From assembly GCA_002256435.1 (NCBI GenBank), contig NKJC01000002.1, forward strand, positions 227,996-291,995: a DNA stretch of 64,000 nucleotides. Direction: 5' to 3'. The notes under the pieces were generated by a model that saw only the letters and a program-made list of their open reading frames with translations, did no database searches and had not been told where the DNA came from. The position numbers were made by a program, and so were the translations under genes. This DNA is from Chitinophagaceae bacterium BSSC1 (lineage in GTDB: Bacteria > Bacteroidota > Bacteroidia > Chitinophagales > Chitinophagaceae). Within the stretch, counting starts at the first letter, position 1. Each line of letters begins with the position of its first letter. Shown here piece after piece: positions 1 through 9,489 of this stretch.

Positions 1-278
1 AACCCTTGGCCAATAGGTATTTGGCATCTTTTGCCATTTTTTTGGCGGAAAACAGAGGGCATTATATGATTGAAAACATTATTGAAGACGGGTTAAATGA
101 TTTCTTTTTTACCCATATTTACAAATACAGAGAAAGCTGGACCCTTCCCATTAATTTCATTGGAAGTGTTGCATTTGGTTTCAAAGACGTTTTACAAGAA
201 CTTTGCAACACTTACGAACTTGAATTGGGCAAGGTGATGAAAGCGCCTATGAAAGGTTTAATTGAGTTTCACAGCTAA
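1..278 (+). CDS. C-terminal fragment of a BadF/BadG/BcrA/BcrD-type ATPase (GlcNAc/MurNAc-kinase-like). The 5' end lies outside the window.
   Basis: The frame is open from the window edge to the TAA at 276-278. The tail (NFIGSVAFGFKDVLQELC) resembles Bacteroidota GlcNAc-kinase-like ATPases. It ends 9 nt upstream of murQ. Confidence 0.55.
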   Translation, partial: PLANRYLASFAIFLAENRGHYMIENIIEDGLNDFFFTHIYKYRESWTLPINFIGSVAFGFKDVLQELCNTYELELGKVMKAPMKGLIEFHS

Positions 279-287
279 ATAGCATCC

Positions 288-1106
288 ATGTCAGAATTTG
301 TTAAGGTTACCGAACAGACTTCTACTTATAGACATTTAGAACAAATGTCTATCAAAGATTTGTTGGTAAACATTAATCAGGAAGATAAAACAGTACCCTT
401 TGCTGTAGAGAAAGCCATTCCACAAATTGAACAACTCTGCTTGGCCATCAGTGATAAAATGTTGGCTGGTGGACGCCTATTTTATATTGGCGCTGGAACC
501 AGTGGCCGATTGGGAATAGTAGACGCCAGTGAATGCCCACCAACATTTGGTGTTCCTTATGGATTGGTAATAGGTTTAATTGCCGGTGGCGATAAGGCCA
601 TTACACAGGCAGTTGAATTTGCAGAGGATAGTGCTGAAGGTGGATGGACTGATTTGGTAAAACATTTTGTAAGCGATAAAGATGTAGTGGTTGGACTTGC
701 TGCAAGTGGTACCACTCCTTATGTGATTGGAGCATTAAAAGAATGTAGAAAAAGAGGCATTATTACAGGAAGCATTAGTTGCAATCCCAATTCACCCGTT
801 TCCGCCGCGGCAGATTATCCAGTAGAAGTAGTGGTTGGTCCTGAATTTGTTACTGGATCTACCAGAATGAAAAGTGGCACTGCGCAGAAATTGGTGTTAA
901 ATATGATCTCTACTTCCATTATGATTCAATTGGGCCGTGTTGAGGACAACAAAATGGTGAATATGCAATTGAGCAATGTGAAGCTAGTAGACAGAGGCGT
1001 AAAAATGTTGATGGAATCTCTGAAATTACAAGATTACGAAACCGCTAAAGACCTGTTGTTGAAACATGGCAGTGTAAAAAAGGCTGTTGAAGCAGTAGTT
1101 TCCTAA
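288..1106 (+). CDS. murQ: N-acetylmuramic acid 6-phosphate etherase
   Basis: 272 aa with an ATG start. It has a SIS domain and the GRLFYIGAGTSGRLG...ECPPTFG signature typical of MurQ. Confidence 0.9.
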   Translation: MSEFVKVTEQTSTYRHLEQMSIKDLLVNINQEDKTVPFAVEKAIPQIEQLCLAISDKMLAGGRLFYIGAGTSGRLGIVDASECPPTFGVPYGLVIGLIAGGDKAITQAVEFAEDSAEGGWTDLVKHFVSDKDVVVGLAASGTTPYVIGALKECRKRGIITGSISCNPNSPVSAAADYPVEVVVGPEFVTGSTRMKSGTAQKLVLNMISTSIMIQLGRVEDNKMVNMQLSNVKLVDRGVKMLMESLKLQDYETAKDLLLKHGSVKKAVEAVVS

Positions 1107-1108
1107 TT

Positions 1109-1672
1109 ATGCATGAGATAGAACCCTTTTTTAACTGGCGCCATATCTATGTGGCGGAAGAAGATCCGCAATCTCCTTTTTTTGGAAGAACTTATAGCGA
1201 GTTTGAATTTTCTCAAACCGTGTACAATTATTATATCCATCCGCAATGGGATGATTTTGGCAGTAAAACCCTTTACTTAAAAATCATTTATGTAGACTAT
1301 GAACTGCATTTTGCAGTCATTGAATTACTAGGTGAATGGAACGACGCCATTGAAAACGATATCATGGAATTGAAAAGAGAAATCCTTGATATTCTTTACA
1401 AACAGGGCATCTGTAAATACATTTTGATTACAGAAAATGTACTCAATTTTCACAGTAGTGATAAAGAATACTATCAAGAGTGGTATGAAGAAGTTACAGA
1501 CGCAGAGGGTTGGATAGTAGCACTAAACATGTCTGAAGCCACCCAACAGGATTTTAGAAAAAAGAAATTGCACTATTTTATTGAATTGATGGAACTGCCA
1601 GATTGGAGGATCTACAAACCTTATCATTTGTTCAAAAAAATAGATGAAATACAGCAGAAAAGACTGGATTAA
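1109..1672 (+). CDS. Hypothetical acidic, Trp/Tyr-rich cytoplasmic protein, translationally coupled to murQ
   Basis: 187-aa ORF whose ATG lies 2 nt after the murQ stop. I recognise no family motif and see no TM segment. Confidence 0.6.
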   Translation: MHEIEPFFNWRHIYVAEEDPQSPFFGRTYSEFEFSQTVYNYYIHPQWDDFGSKTLYLKIIYVDYELHFAVIELLGEWNDAIENDIMELKREILDILYKQGICKYILITENVLNFHSSDKEYYQEWYEEVTDAEGWIVALNMSEATQQDFRKKKLHYFIELMELPDWRIYKPYHLFKKIDEIQQKRLD

Positions 1673-1709
1673 GAAAAGGTCTTATATTTAACCAATAAAA
1701 TCATCTAAG

Positions 1710-1865
1710 ATGTCATTACCTGTAAACAATAAAAACAGCGGAAAACCAGGCAGCAAGGGCCCTAAAGCCAGTGCAGCAGGGTCCAAATTTATTGCTAAGC
1801 CCGGGGCTAAAGCAGTTGGAACTACTAAGAAACCCATTAAAACCGGGGGATCTAGAGGAAGTTAA
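1710..1865 (+). CDS. Candidate small Lys/Gly/Pro/Ala-rich basic protein (51 aa), absent from the ORF track
   Basis: Hand translation from ATG 1710 to TAA 1863-1865 gives MSLPVNNKNSGKPGSKGPKASAAGSKFIAKPGAKAVGTTKKPIKTGGSRGS. A TATATTTA box lies at 1683-1690, and a strong intrinsic terminator follows at 1885-1917. Confidence 0.35.
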   Translation: MSLPVNNKNSGKPGSKGPKASAAGSKFIAKPGAKAVGTTKKPIKTGGSRGS

Positions 1866-1884
1866 TTGCATTTTCACCTATTGA

Positions 1885-1917
1885 AAGGCTGTTCCTAACC
1901 GAACAGCCTTTTTTTTA
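1885..1917 (+). terminator. Rho-independent terminator
   Basis: AAGGCTGTTC / GAACAGCCTT forms a 10-bp stem with loop CTAACC, followed by a T8 run. Confidence 0.75.
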
Positions 1918-1962
1918 TTGTTTCAACACTGAAAATTTGTACTTTAACAAAAACATCCCTAT

Positions 1963-2814
1963 ATGAATCAAGAAATCATCAATCTCTACGATGAGTATAC
2001 CCATCTACCCTTGAGTAGAACCGAGTTTTTGAAAAGACTAGCCCTATTAACTGGTGGTATGTCGGCTGCTTTAAGCGTACTACCCATGATTGAAGTAAAT
2101 GCAGCTAATGCAGCTATAACTAATGACGATGATCTTGAAACTGAAACCATTGCATACGCTGGTGTGAATGGAGAAATGAAAGCTTATGTGGCCAAACCCA
2201 AGAATGGAAAAAAATTGGCTGCAGTTGTGGTCATACATGAAAATAGAGGTTTGAATGCCCATATAGAAGACGTGGCAAGAAGGGTTGCCAAAGCTGGATT
2301 TTTAGCAATTGCGCCCAATATTTTGGCACCTTTGGGAGAATTACCCAAGAATGATGACGAATTGAGGGCCAAATTTTCTACACTAAAACCCGAAGAGAAT
2401 TTGCAAAATTTTAGTAGGGCATTTGATTATTTAGCAACCAGAAAAGATTGCAATGGTAAATATGGTTGTGTTGGATTCTGTTGGGGAGGCGCCATGGCCA
2501 ATAGTCTTGCAGTGACGGTACCAAAATTAAAAGCTGCTGTAGCTTATTACGGTAGACAACCAGATGCTGCACAAGTACCCCAAATTAAAGCATCATTGAT
2601 GTTACATTATGGTGGACTAGACGAACGCGTGAATGCCGGCATTCCAGCCTACGAAGCTGCCTTAAAAGCCAACAATATTCCTTATGAAATCTTTGTGTAT
2701 GATGGCGTGAATCATGCATTTCACAATGATACTGCACCTACCAGGTATAATGAAGCCGCAGCAAAATTATCTTGGGAAAGAACCATTGGATTTTTCAAAA
2801 AACAATTGGGATAA
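1963..2814 (+). CDS. Dienelactone hydrolase family protein with a Tat-like or signal-like N-terminus
   Basis: 283 aa. It has a DLH-type core (VVVIHENRGLN, GFCWGG nucleophile elbow, NHAFHND). The N-terminus carries SRTEFLKRLALLTGG followed by AANA. Confidence 0.85.
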   Translation: MNQEIINLYDEYTHLPLSRTEFLKRLALLTGGMSAALSVLPMIEVNAANAAITNDDDLETETIAYAGVNGEMKAYVAKPKNGKKLAAVVVIHENRGLNAHIEDVARRVAKAGFLAIAPNILAPLGELPKNDDELRAKFSTLKPEENLQNFSRAFDYLATRKDCNGKYGCVGFCWGGAMANSLAVTVPKLKAAVAYYGRQPDAAQVPQIKASLMLHYGGLDERVNAGIPAYEAALKANNIPYEIFVYDGVNHAFHNDTAPTRYNEAAAKLSWERTIGFFKKQLG

Positions 2815-2815
2815 A

Positions 2816-3247
2816 TTATAAAGGTTTCATCCTAGAAAATGGAAAACCATTACAACCCTTTTTAGGATTGGCCCTGTCTGCAGAAATAGCTTTCAGGGCT
2901 TTTTCTTTGGTATCTGCATCATAAATGGTATAACAATAGCCCCATAAGAAAGGCTCCATTTTTTCAAACTGTCTATAATCTATCCTAGTAAATTTTCCTG
3001 GTTCAGAAGGATTCAATGGGTCGTTTTTAGCAAGAACCCATTGTTCCTGTTGGTTCCATTCAAGAATATGATATTTAACTGCTTCTTTTTGAAACCAAAG
3101 ACTATCCGATATAGTGAATTTAATGCCATAGTCATCCTGAAAACTACCAACTACATAAGCTGGCGCTTTTGTTTTTTGTTGTCCTATAACTGGACAAACA
3201 AACAACAAAAACACCCCCCCAAATAAAAACCACTTAATCGGTTGCAT
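2816..3247 (-). CDS. Hypothetical secreted protein
   Basis: 143 aa with an N-terminal hydrophobic signal-like segment (WFLFGGVFLLFVCPVIGQQ). It lies 16 nt downstream of hutU on the same strand. Confidence 0.6.
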   Translation of the reverse strand: MQPIKWFLFGGVFLLFVCPVIGQQKTKAPAYVVGSFQDDYGIKFTISDSLWFQKEAVKYHILEWNQQEQWVLAKNDPLNPSEPGKFTRIDYRQFEKMEPFLWGYCYTIYDADTKEKALKAISADRANPKKGCNGFPFSRMKPL

Positions 3248-3263
3248 ATTGTCAGTTTGTGTA

Positions 3264-4940
3264 TTAAACTAAACGTTCTCTAAAATCTAATCTGTGTTTA
3301 CGCAAATGATCTTGGGCAATATCATAGCCTGCGTCTGCGTGTCTAATCACACCCATTCCAGGATCGTTTCTTAAAACCCTTGCTAGTCTTAGATCAGCAG
3401 CATTTGTTCCATCGGCAACTATGACCATTCCAGCATGAATGCTATAGCCCATACCAACTCCTCCGCCATGATGCAAACTCACCCATGAAGCACCACCTGC
3501 TGTATTAATTAGGGCATTTAAAATGGGCCAGTCTGCCACTGCATCAGAGCCGTCTAACATGGCTTCTGTTTCTCTATTAGGAGATGCTACAGAACCCGTA
3601 TCCAAATGATCCCTACCAATCACAATGGGTGCTTTTACTTTACCGGTTCTTACCAATTCATTAAATGCCAAACCAGCTTTTTCTCTTTCACCTTGACCCA
3701 ACCAGCAGATTCTAGCTGGCAATCCTTGAAAAGCTATTCTTTCTTTGGCCATTTTCATCCAACGCAACAACCCTTTATTTTCAGGGAATAAGCTACATAT
3801 TAGTTCATCTGTTACGGCAATATCTTCAGGATCTCCACTTAAAGCAGCCCATCTAAATGGCCCCTTTCCTTCACAAAACAAGGGTCGAATATAGGCAGGT
3901 ACAAATCCTGGAAAATCAAATGCATTGCTCAATCCATGCTCCTGCGCCCTAGCTCTTAAATTATTGCCATAATCAAAAGTAATGGCTCCAAGATTTTGTA
4001 AAGCTAGCATGAGTTCCACGTGTTTTTTCATACTATCATAACTCATAGCAATATAAGCTTCAGGGTCTGACTTTCTCAAAGCATTGGCAGCTTCATTATC
4101 CAAGTTATGAGGAACATATCCAATCAATGGATCATGTGCTGATGTTTGGTCAGTTAACACGTCAACTGAAACCTTTCTTTCAATCAATCTTTCCAATAAG
4201 GTAACAGCATTACACAATACCCCAATACTTAGCGGTTCTCCGGCTTTTTTGGCTTCTAATGCTCTATCAATGGCTTGGTCAATATCCAAGTATTTAAGAT
4301 CCAGGTATCGGGTTTCTAATCTTTTGTCAATACGCCACTCCTCAACTTCTGCCACTAGACAAACACCATCATTCATGGTAACAGATAAGGGTTGAGCACC
4401 ACCCATGCCCCCTAAACCTGCCGTTACAGTAAGCGTTCCTTTTAAGGTTCCTTGAAAATGTTTGTTGGCAACTGCCGCAAATGTTTCATAAGTACCCTGT
4501 ACAATTCCTTGAGAACCAATATAAATCCATGAACCAGCGGTCATTTGACCATACATCATCAACCCCTTTTTTTCTAGTTCCGTAAAATGCTCCCAGGTTG
4601 CCCATTTGGGAACCAATTGAGAATTAGATATCAAGACCCTTGGCGCGTCTGGATGGGTTTTTAACATCCCCACGGGTTTGCCACTTTGCACCAACAGCGT
4701 TTCATCTTCTTCTAAATCTTTTAATGCCTTGATAATCAAATCCAGACTTTCAAAATTTCTGGCTGCTTTTCCCCTACCCCCATAAACAATTAAATCATCT
4801 GGTCTTTCCGCAACATCAGGATTCAAATTGTTTAACAACATTCTTAAAGCTGCTTCCTGCACCCAACCTTTACAATTCAATTGAGAACCGGTTGGCGTAG
4901 CATATTTTATTGGGTCATATTTACTGTTGGTCGTAGACAT
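3264..4940 (-). CDS. hutU: Urocanate hydratase
   Basis: 558 aa with full-length similarity to HutU ([11 protein letters not shown]-binding motif, conserved C-terminal region). Confidence 0.95.
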   Translation of the reverse strand: MSTTNSKYDPIKYATPTGSQLNCKGWVQEAALRMLLNNLNPDVAERPDDLIVYGGRGKAARNFESLDLIIKALKDLEEDETLLVQSGKPVGMLKTHPDAPRVLISNSQLVPKWATWEHFTELEKKGLMMYGQMTAGSWIYIGSQGIVQGTYETFAAVANKHFQGTLKGTLTVTAGLGGMGGAQPLSVTMNDGVCLVAEVEEWRIDKRLETRYLDLKYLDIDQAIDRALEAKKAGEPLSIGVLCNAVTLLERLIERKVSVDVLTDQTSAHDPLIGYVPHNLDNEAANALRKSDPEAYIAMSYDSMKKHVELMLALQNLGAITFDYGNNLRARAQEHGLSNAFDFPGFVPAYIRPLFCEGKGPFRWAALSGDPEDIAVTDELICSLFPENKGLLRWMKMAKERIAFQGLPARICWLGQGEREKAGLAFNELVRTGKVKAPIVIGRDHLDTGSVASPNRETEAMLDGSDAVADWPILNALINTAGGASWVSLHHGGGVGMGYSIHAGMVIVADGTNAADLRLARVLRNDPGMGVIRHADAGYDIAQDHLRKHRLDFRERLV

Positions 4941-4958
4941 TTAATAGGGATTTAAAGT

Positions 4959-5270
4959 TCAATAAACAAGGTCTTCGTAAGCCGCTTGTAATTCATTGTA
5001 AGCGTGATTGTCTTTGGCTAATTTGGCTGCTTCCATTCCTTTCTCATACCACTCAATGGCCAAATTGGTCTGTTCCATTTTTTCTAATAATTTGGCTAAA
5101 TGATAATATGAACCAATATAATCAGGAGATTCCGTTAATATGGCTTCAAAGAGTTCTTTGGCGGGTAATTCATCACCAACTTTGATATATTCCAATGCCA
5201 ATGCATGCCTCAAAAAATTATCCTTTGGACTAGTTTCTAAAAAGGTTTTAATTTTTGCAATTCGATCCAT
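4959..5270 (-). CDS. Small tetratricopeptide-repeat protein
   Basis: 103 aa with TPR-like helical repeats (ALALEYIKVGD..., YYHLAKLLEK...). It lies 18 nt upstream of hutU. Confidence 0.65.
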   Translation of the reverse strand: MDRIAKIKTFLETSPKDNFLRHALALEYIKVGDELPAKELFEAILTESPDYIGSYYHLAKLLEKMEQTNLAIEWYEKGMEAAKLAKDNHAYNELQAAYEDLVY

Positions 5271-5369
5271 TTTTCAAAGTTAATGGATGACTTGGATTAT
5301 TAATCAGGATTAGAATTCTGTTGGCAAAATCTGAATTTTAAAAAATAATCATAAAAAAGGCAGTGGTTC

Positions 5370-5399
5370 TTTGCGGGTTCAAATTCGTTTGTATATTTG
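5370..5399 (+). promoter_or_regulatory. Candidate Bacteroidota-type promoter for etfBA (-33 TTTG, -7 TATATTTG)
   Basis: TATATTTG at 5392-5399 matches the TAnnTTTG consensus. TTTG at 5370-5373 lies 18 nt upstream of it, and the box ends 49 nt before the etfB ATG. Confidence 0.3.
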
Positions 5400-5447
5400 C
5401 GATAGTTGCATAAACAACTATTAGCCTCAAGCTTAAACGATTTGCAT

Positions 5448-6191
5448 ATGAAAATTCTTGTTTGTATCAGCAAGACCCCAGACACAACTACCAAGATTGC
5501 CTTTAAAGATGGCAACACCCAATTGGACGAAAATGGCGTACAGTGGATTATCAATCCTTATGATGAATGGTATTCCCTTGTAAGAGCAATTGAATTAAAG
5601 GAAAAAGACCCTTCTACCATCATTCATTTGGTAACAGTAGGCGGAGCCGATTGTGACCCCATCATTCGTAAAGCATTGGCTTTGGGTGGAGATGAGGCTT
5701 TCAGGATCAATGCGGAAAGTACAGACAGCTATTTTATTGCTGCTCAAATTGCCGATTTGGCTAATAAAAATGGATATGACCTGATTTTTACAGGTAAGGA
5801 AGCCATTGATTATAATAGTGCTGCAATTGGCGGTATGGTGGCTGAATTAGTTGGCGCCCCCTACCTTTCTTTGGCTACACTATTTGAATTAAACGGCCAA
5901 ACTGCCACCATTACAAGAGAAATTGAAGGTGGTGAAGAAGTGGCTATAGTAGCACTTCCAGTAGTAATGAGTTGCCAAAAAGGAATGGCAGAACAACGCA
6001 TTCCCAATATGCGTGGCATTATGGCTGCAAGAACAAAACCATTACAAGTCATAGAACCCGCTGCTGTTGATACTTTAACCAGTATTGTTGGCTTTGAATT
6101 ACCACCAGCAAAAGCAGGTTGCAAAATGGTTGCAGCAGACAATGTTGCAGAGTTGGTTAGACTATTACACGAAGAAGCAAAAGCTTTCTAA
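5448..6191 (+). CDS. etfB: Electron transfer flavoprotein beta subunit
   Basis: The conserved N-terminus MKILVCISKTPDTT begins at ATG 5448. The track ORF from 5406 extends upstream of this conserved N-terminus. Confidence 0.9.
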   Translation: MKILVCISKTPDTTTKIAFKDGNTQLDENGVQWIINPYDEWYSLVRAIELKEKDPSTIIHLVTVGGADCDPIIRKALALGGDEAFRINAESTDSYFIAAQIADLANKNGYDLIFTGKEAIDYNSAAIGGMVAELVGAPYLSLATLFELNGQTATITREIEGGEEVAIVALPVVMSCQKGMAEQRIPNMRGIMAARTKPLQVIEPAAVDTLTSIVGFELPPAKAGCKMVAADNVAELVRLLHEEAKAF

Positions 6192-6239
6192 GATTGTATT
6201 AAAACCTTATTTGAATTTTTAATTTTTTAATTATTAGCC

Positions 6240-7205
6240 ATGTCCGTTTTAGTTTATATAGACCAATCAGACAACCACGTAAAAAAATCAGCTTACGAGG
6301 TACTAACTTATGGAGCCAAATTGGCTGCACAAATGGGTACAACAGCAGCAGGTATTATCTTGGGAAAAGTCAACGATAATTTAGCTGAATTGGGAAAATA
6401 TGGTGTTACTACCATTCATCAAGTGAGCAATGAAAGATTGAACCAATTAGACACACAGGTAGCTGCAAAAATCATTGCAGATGCTGCACAAGCTACCGGG
6501 GCAACTGTTTTGGTATTTTCTCAGAACCATAGCGGCAAGGCCATTGCTGCAAGGGTTGCCGCAAGACTAAAAGCAGGTTTGGTTGCAGGTGCTGCTGGAT
6601 TACCAGATACCAGCAATGGGTTTGTTGTGAAAAAGACAGTTTTCTCTGGTAAAGCATTTGCCAATATCAGCATCAACTCTCCTATTAAAGTAATTGCTTT
6701 AAACCCTAATAGCATTTCGGCTGTAGCAGGTGAAGGTTCTGCTACTGTTGCAGAATTAAATATTGCAGTTGACGCACCAAAAGTAACCATCACTGCTGTC
6801 AATAAAATAACTGGAGAAATTCCTTTAACAGAAGCTGATATTGTAGTGAGTGGAGGACGAGGATTAAAAGGTCCAGAAAACTGGGGTGTATTATTAGACC
6901 TAGCAAAAGTACTTGGAGCAGGCACTGCTTGTAGTAGGCCTGTGGGCGATGCGCATTGGCGTCCTCACCATGAACACGTAGGTCAAACAGGTGTTCAAGT
7001 AGCTCCCAATCTATATATTGCCTTGGGTATTTCTGGCGCTATTCAACACTTAGCTGGCGTGAACAGGAGTAAGATTATGGTAGTGATCAACAAAGATCCA
7101 GAAGCGCCATTCTTTAAAGCTGCTGATTATGGCATTGTTGGAGACCTATTTGAAATTGTACCACAAATGACGGCTGAAATCAAAAAAATAAAAGGGATTG
7201 CATAA
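6240..7205 (+). CDS. etfA: Electron transfer flavoprotein alpha subunit
   Basis: 321 aa with the C-terminal FAD-binding signature (LYIALGISGAIQHLAG). Confidence 0.9.
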   Translation: MSVLVYIDQSDNHVKKSAYEVLTYGAKLAAQMGTTAAGIILGKVNDNLAELGKYGVTTIHQVSNERLNQLDTQVAAKIIADAAQATGATVLVFSQNHSGKAIAARVAARLKAGLVAGAAGLPDTSNGFVVKKTVFSGKAFANISINSPIKVIALNPNSISAVAGEGSATVAELNIAVDAPKVTITAVNKITGEIPLTEADIVVSGGRGLKGPENWGVLLDLAKVLGAGTACSRPVGDAHWRPHHEHVGQTGVQVAPNLYIALGISGAIQHLAGVNRSKIMVVINKDPEAPFFKAADYGIVGDLFEIVPQMTAEIKKIKGIA

Positions 7206-7238
7206 TTAATCCAAAACTTTGTTTGGTTATTGTACAAG

Positions 7239-7268
7239 TGCCTCCCGAAAGGGGGGCATTTTGTTTTC
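7239..7268 (+). terminator. Rho-independent terminator after etfA
   Basis: TGCCTCCC-GAAA-GGGGGGCA stem-loop followed by TTTTGTTTT. Confidence 0.65.
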
Positions 7269-7292
7269 TAAAATTTGGCTACATTAGTTATT

Positions 7293-8237
7293 ATGAATGC
7301 AAAACAGATTTCATTCTTGATTATCATTTTAATCATTATTCCCGCTACTAGCTTTGCTCAAAACTTAGAAGGTAAGAATAGTTTTAGAATGATTGAAGAC
7401 GTTATCATTACCCTTGACCTTCCAAAAGAAATAAGCTCAAAGCAAAAGCCCACTATCCTAATCATCTATGCTTTACCTAATGGCAATAGCACGGCCTGGA
7501 CCAAGGGTAAGAAAATGCATCCTGGAGATGATTGGCATTTTGACATTCAACATATTGCCGCTCAAACTGCTTTTATTAGAGAATCCCTACCCCATCAACA
7601 AATAATAGTAGCATATCTAGAAAATGACCAAAAAAGTTGGCCAGCTTGGAAAACAAAACATCCCAATTACTTAGAAAATATTACAGCTATTGTAGATAGT
7701 TTAAGTACCCGTTTTAGCAACCCAGCAATTCATTTAAATGGCCATAGTGGTGGTGGAAGCTTTGTATTTGCCTACATCAAAGCTCTAACAACTATTCCTG
7801 AAAATATTCAGCGAATTAGTTTCTTAGATAGTGACTACAATTACGATAGTAGTTATCTACCCAAACTCACAACTTGGTTAAAAAACAAATCACATCAATT
7901 AAGGGTCTTTGCTTATAACGATAGCATTGCTTTATTCAATGGAAAGCCTGTGGTGTCTGCCACTGGGGGAACCTGGTATCGCTCAAAAAAAATGATGTTA
8001 GACTTATCTCAGCAATTCCATTTTACCAACTACTCCAATGACAGCCTACTGATCTTTAAAAGCAATTCAAAACAGATACAATTCTTTTTGAAAACTAATC
8101 CTGAAAGAAAAATTTTGCATACCAAACAAGTGGAGTTAAATGGTTTTATTCATAGTGAATTATCTGGATCTAAAAAAGACTCCAAGAACTATCGCTATTA
8201 TGGAAATAGAGCTTATGAAGCTTATATACCAGATTAA
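7293..8237 (+). CDS. Secreted alpha/beta-hydrolase-like hypothetical protein
   Basis: ATG at 7293 (the track begins at an upstream TTG). It has a signal-like N-terminus and a GHSGGG nucleophile-elbow-like motif. Confidence 0.55.
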   Translation: MNAKQISFLIIILIIIPATSFAQNLEGKNSFRMIEDVIITLDLPKEISSKQKPTILIIYALPNGNSTAWTKGKKMHPGDDWHFDIQHIAAQTAFIRESLPHQQIIVAYLENDQKSWPAWKTKHPNYLENITAIVDSLSTRFSNPAIHLNGHSGGGSFVFAYIKALTTIPENIQRISFLDSDYNYDSSYLPKLTTWLKNKSHQLRVFAYNDSIALFNGKPVVSATGGTWYRSKKMMLDLSQQFHFTNYSNDSLLIFKSNSKQIQFFLKTNPERKILHTKQVELNGFIHSELSGSKKDSKNYRYYGNRAYEAYIPD

Positions 8238-9019
8238 AGGCCGCTCAATCTTCCACCATCCACTGGCAAATTGATGCCATTGATGTAAGCCCCAGCAGGA
8301 CTGCAAAGAAAGGCTACAGCAGCTCCAAATTCAGCTGGTTCGCCTAATCTTCCTGCAGGTATCAAAGCCACTGTTTTTTTCAAAATATCTTCCGGTAGCA
8401 ATCCAACTTTTTCTGCTTGATTGGCAAACAAATATTGTAATCGCTGAGTATTGGTATAACCGGGCAAAACATTATTGACCGTAATACCATCACCACCCAA
8501 TTCATTGGCCATGGTCTTGGCCCAATTTGCCACTGCAGACCTAACCGTATTAGATATACCCAATCCATCAATGGGTTGTTTCACAGAAGTTGATAGCACA
8601 TTGATAATTCTTCCAAAACCAGCCGCCTTCATGCCAGGGACCAAGGCTTGGGTTAGTAAATGACTAACAGACAGGTGTGCTTGAAAGGCTTTTTCTAAAT
8701 CAAGTACAGGCGTTGCCAATAAGGGACCAGCAGCAGGGCCACCCGTATTATTCACCAAGATTTCAATGGGGCCTTTTTGGAGCCTTTCCTTAATTTTTAA
8801 TAGTAGTAATTCAGGCACATGCGCATCAGCAGCAATCCATTCATGTGTTTGCCCTTGCGAGCAATCTAAGGTTTGTACAAATGTTACTAGAACTGCTTCT
8901 CTCCTAGCTAAAACAATCACATTGGCACCCAATAGGGCCAATTCAGTTGCAATAGCAGCCCCCAAACCTTGAGACCCGCCACAAACCAAAGCCGTTCTGC
9001 CTTTTAGATTTAGATTCAT
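8234..9019 (-). CDS. SDR-family oxidoreductase (3-oxoacyl-ACP reductase-like)
   Basis: 261 aa with the GGSQGLG Rossmann motif and an SDR core. Confidence 0.85.
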   Translation of the reverse strand: MNLNLKGRTALVCGGSQGLGAAIATELALLGANVIVLARREAVLVTFVQTLDCSQGQTHEWIAADAHVPELLLLKIKERLQKGPIEILVNNTGGPAAGPLLATPVLDLEKAFQAHLSVSHLLTQALVPGMKAAGFGRIINVLSTSVKQPIDGLGISNTVRSAVANWAKTMANELGGDGITVNNVLPGYTNTQRLQYLFANQAEKVGLLPEDILKKTVALIPAGRLGEPAEFGAAVAFLCSPAGAYINGINLPVDGGRLSGL

Positions 9020-9028
9020 AAAATGGTT

Positions 9029-9355
9029 TTAGAGATTGCGATAATCCTCTCTAATAGGGTTGAATACATCCATTAATTTACAATCCGTAATGGCAATGCC
9101 AGCATGCGGAACATTGGAAGGAATCACTACAATTTCCCCTTCTCCAAATTCAATTGGCTCTCCATCAATGGTCAATTGAAACCTACCTTCTAATACAATG
9201 GACACTTGCTCGTGAACATGGTGGTGGGTGGGCAAGCTTTCCCCTTTTTTTACTTCTAAAAAAGAGAGTGTCATGCTGTCTGTATGAACAAAACGGGCAG
9301 GATATCCTTTTACAATTTCTTTGGTAGGAATAGATGCAAGGTTAATTTTAGGCAT
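9029..9355 (-). CDS. Cupin-domain protein
   Basis: 108 aa with the cupin His cluster (HHHVHEQ...PHAG). It lies 9 nt upstream of the SDR gene. Confidence 0.8.
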   Translation of the reverse strand: MPKINLASIPTKEIVKGYPARFVHTDSMTLSFLEVKKGESLPTHHHVHEQVSIVLEGRFQLTIDGEPIEFGEGEIVVIPSNVPHAGIAITDCKLMDVFNPIREDYRNL

Positions 9356-9489
9356 GTGCTAATTTTTGAGAACTGGAAAGTTAGCAATGGAATTGGAATA
9401 AAAAAATCCAAGTCTTGCAAATAGAACTGCCTGATTTTGATAGGCTAACCTATTTTGCAGATTAAAAATCGTTACTTTCGCATACAATT

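Noticed and set aside
5300-5554. 84-aa minus-strand ORF spanning the etfB promoter and 5' end
   Set aside because: It overlaps the conserved etfB N-terminus and the divergent intergenic region, and it has no motifs. It is probably spurious.
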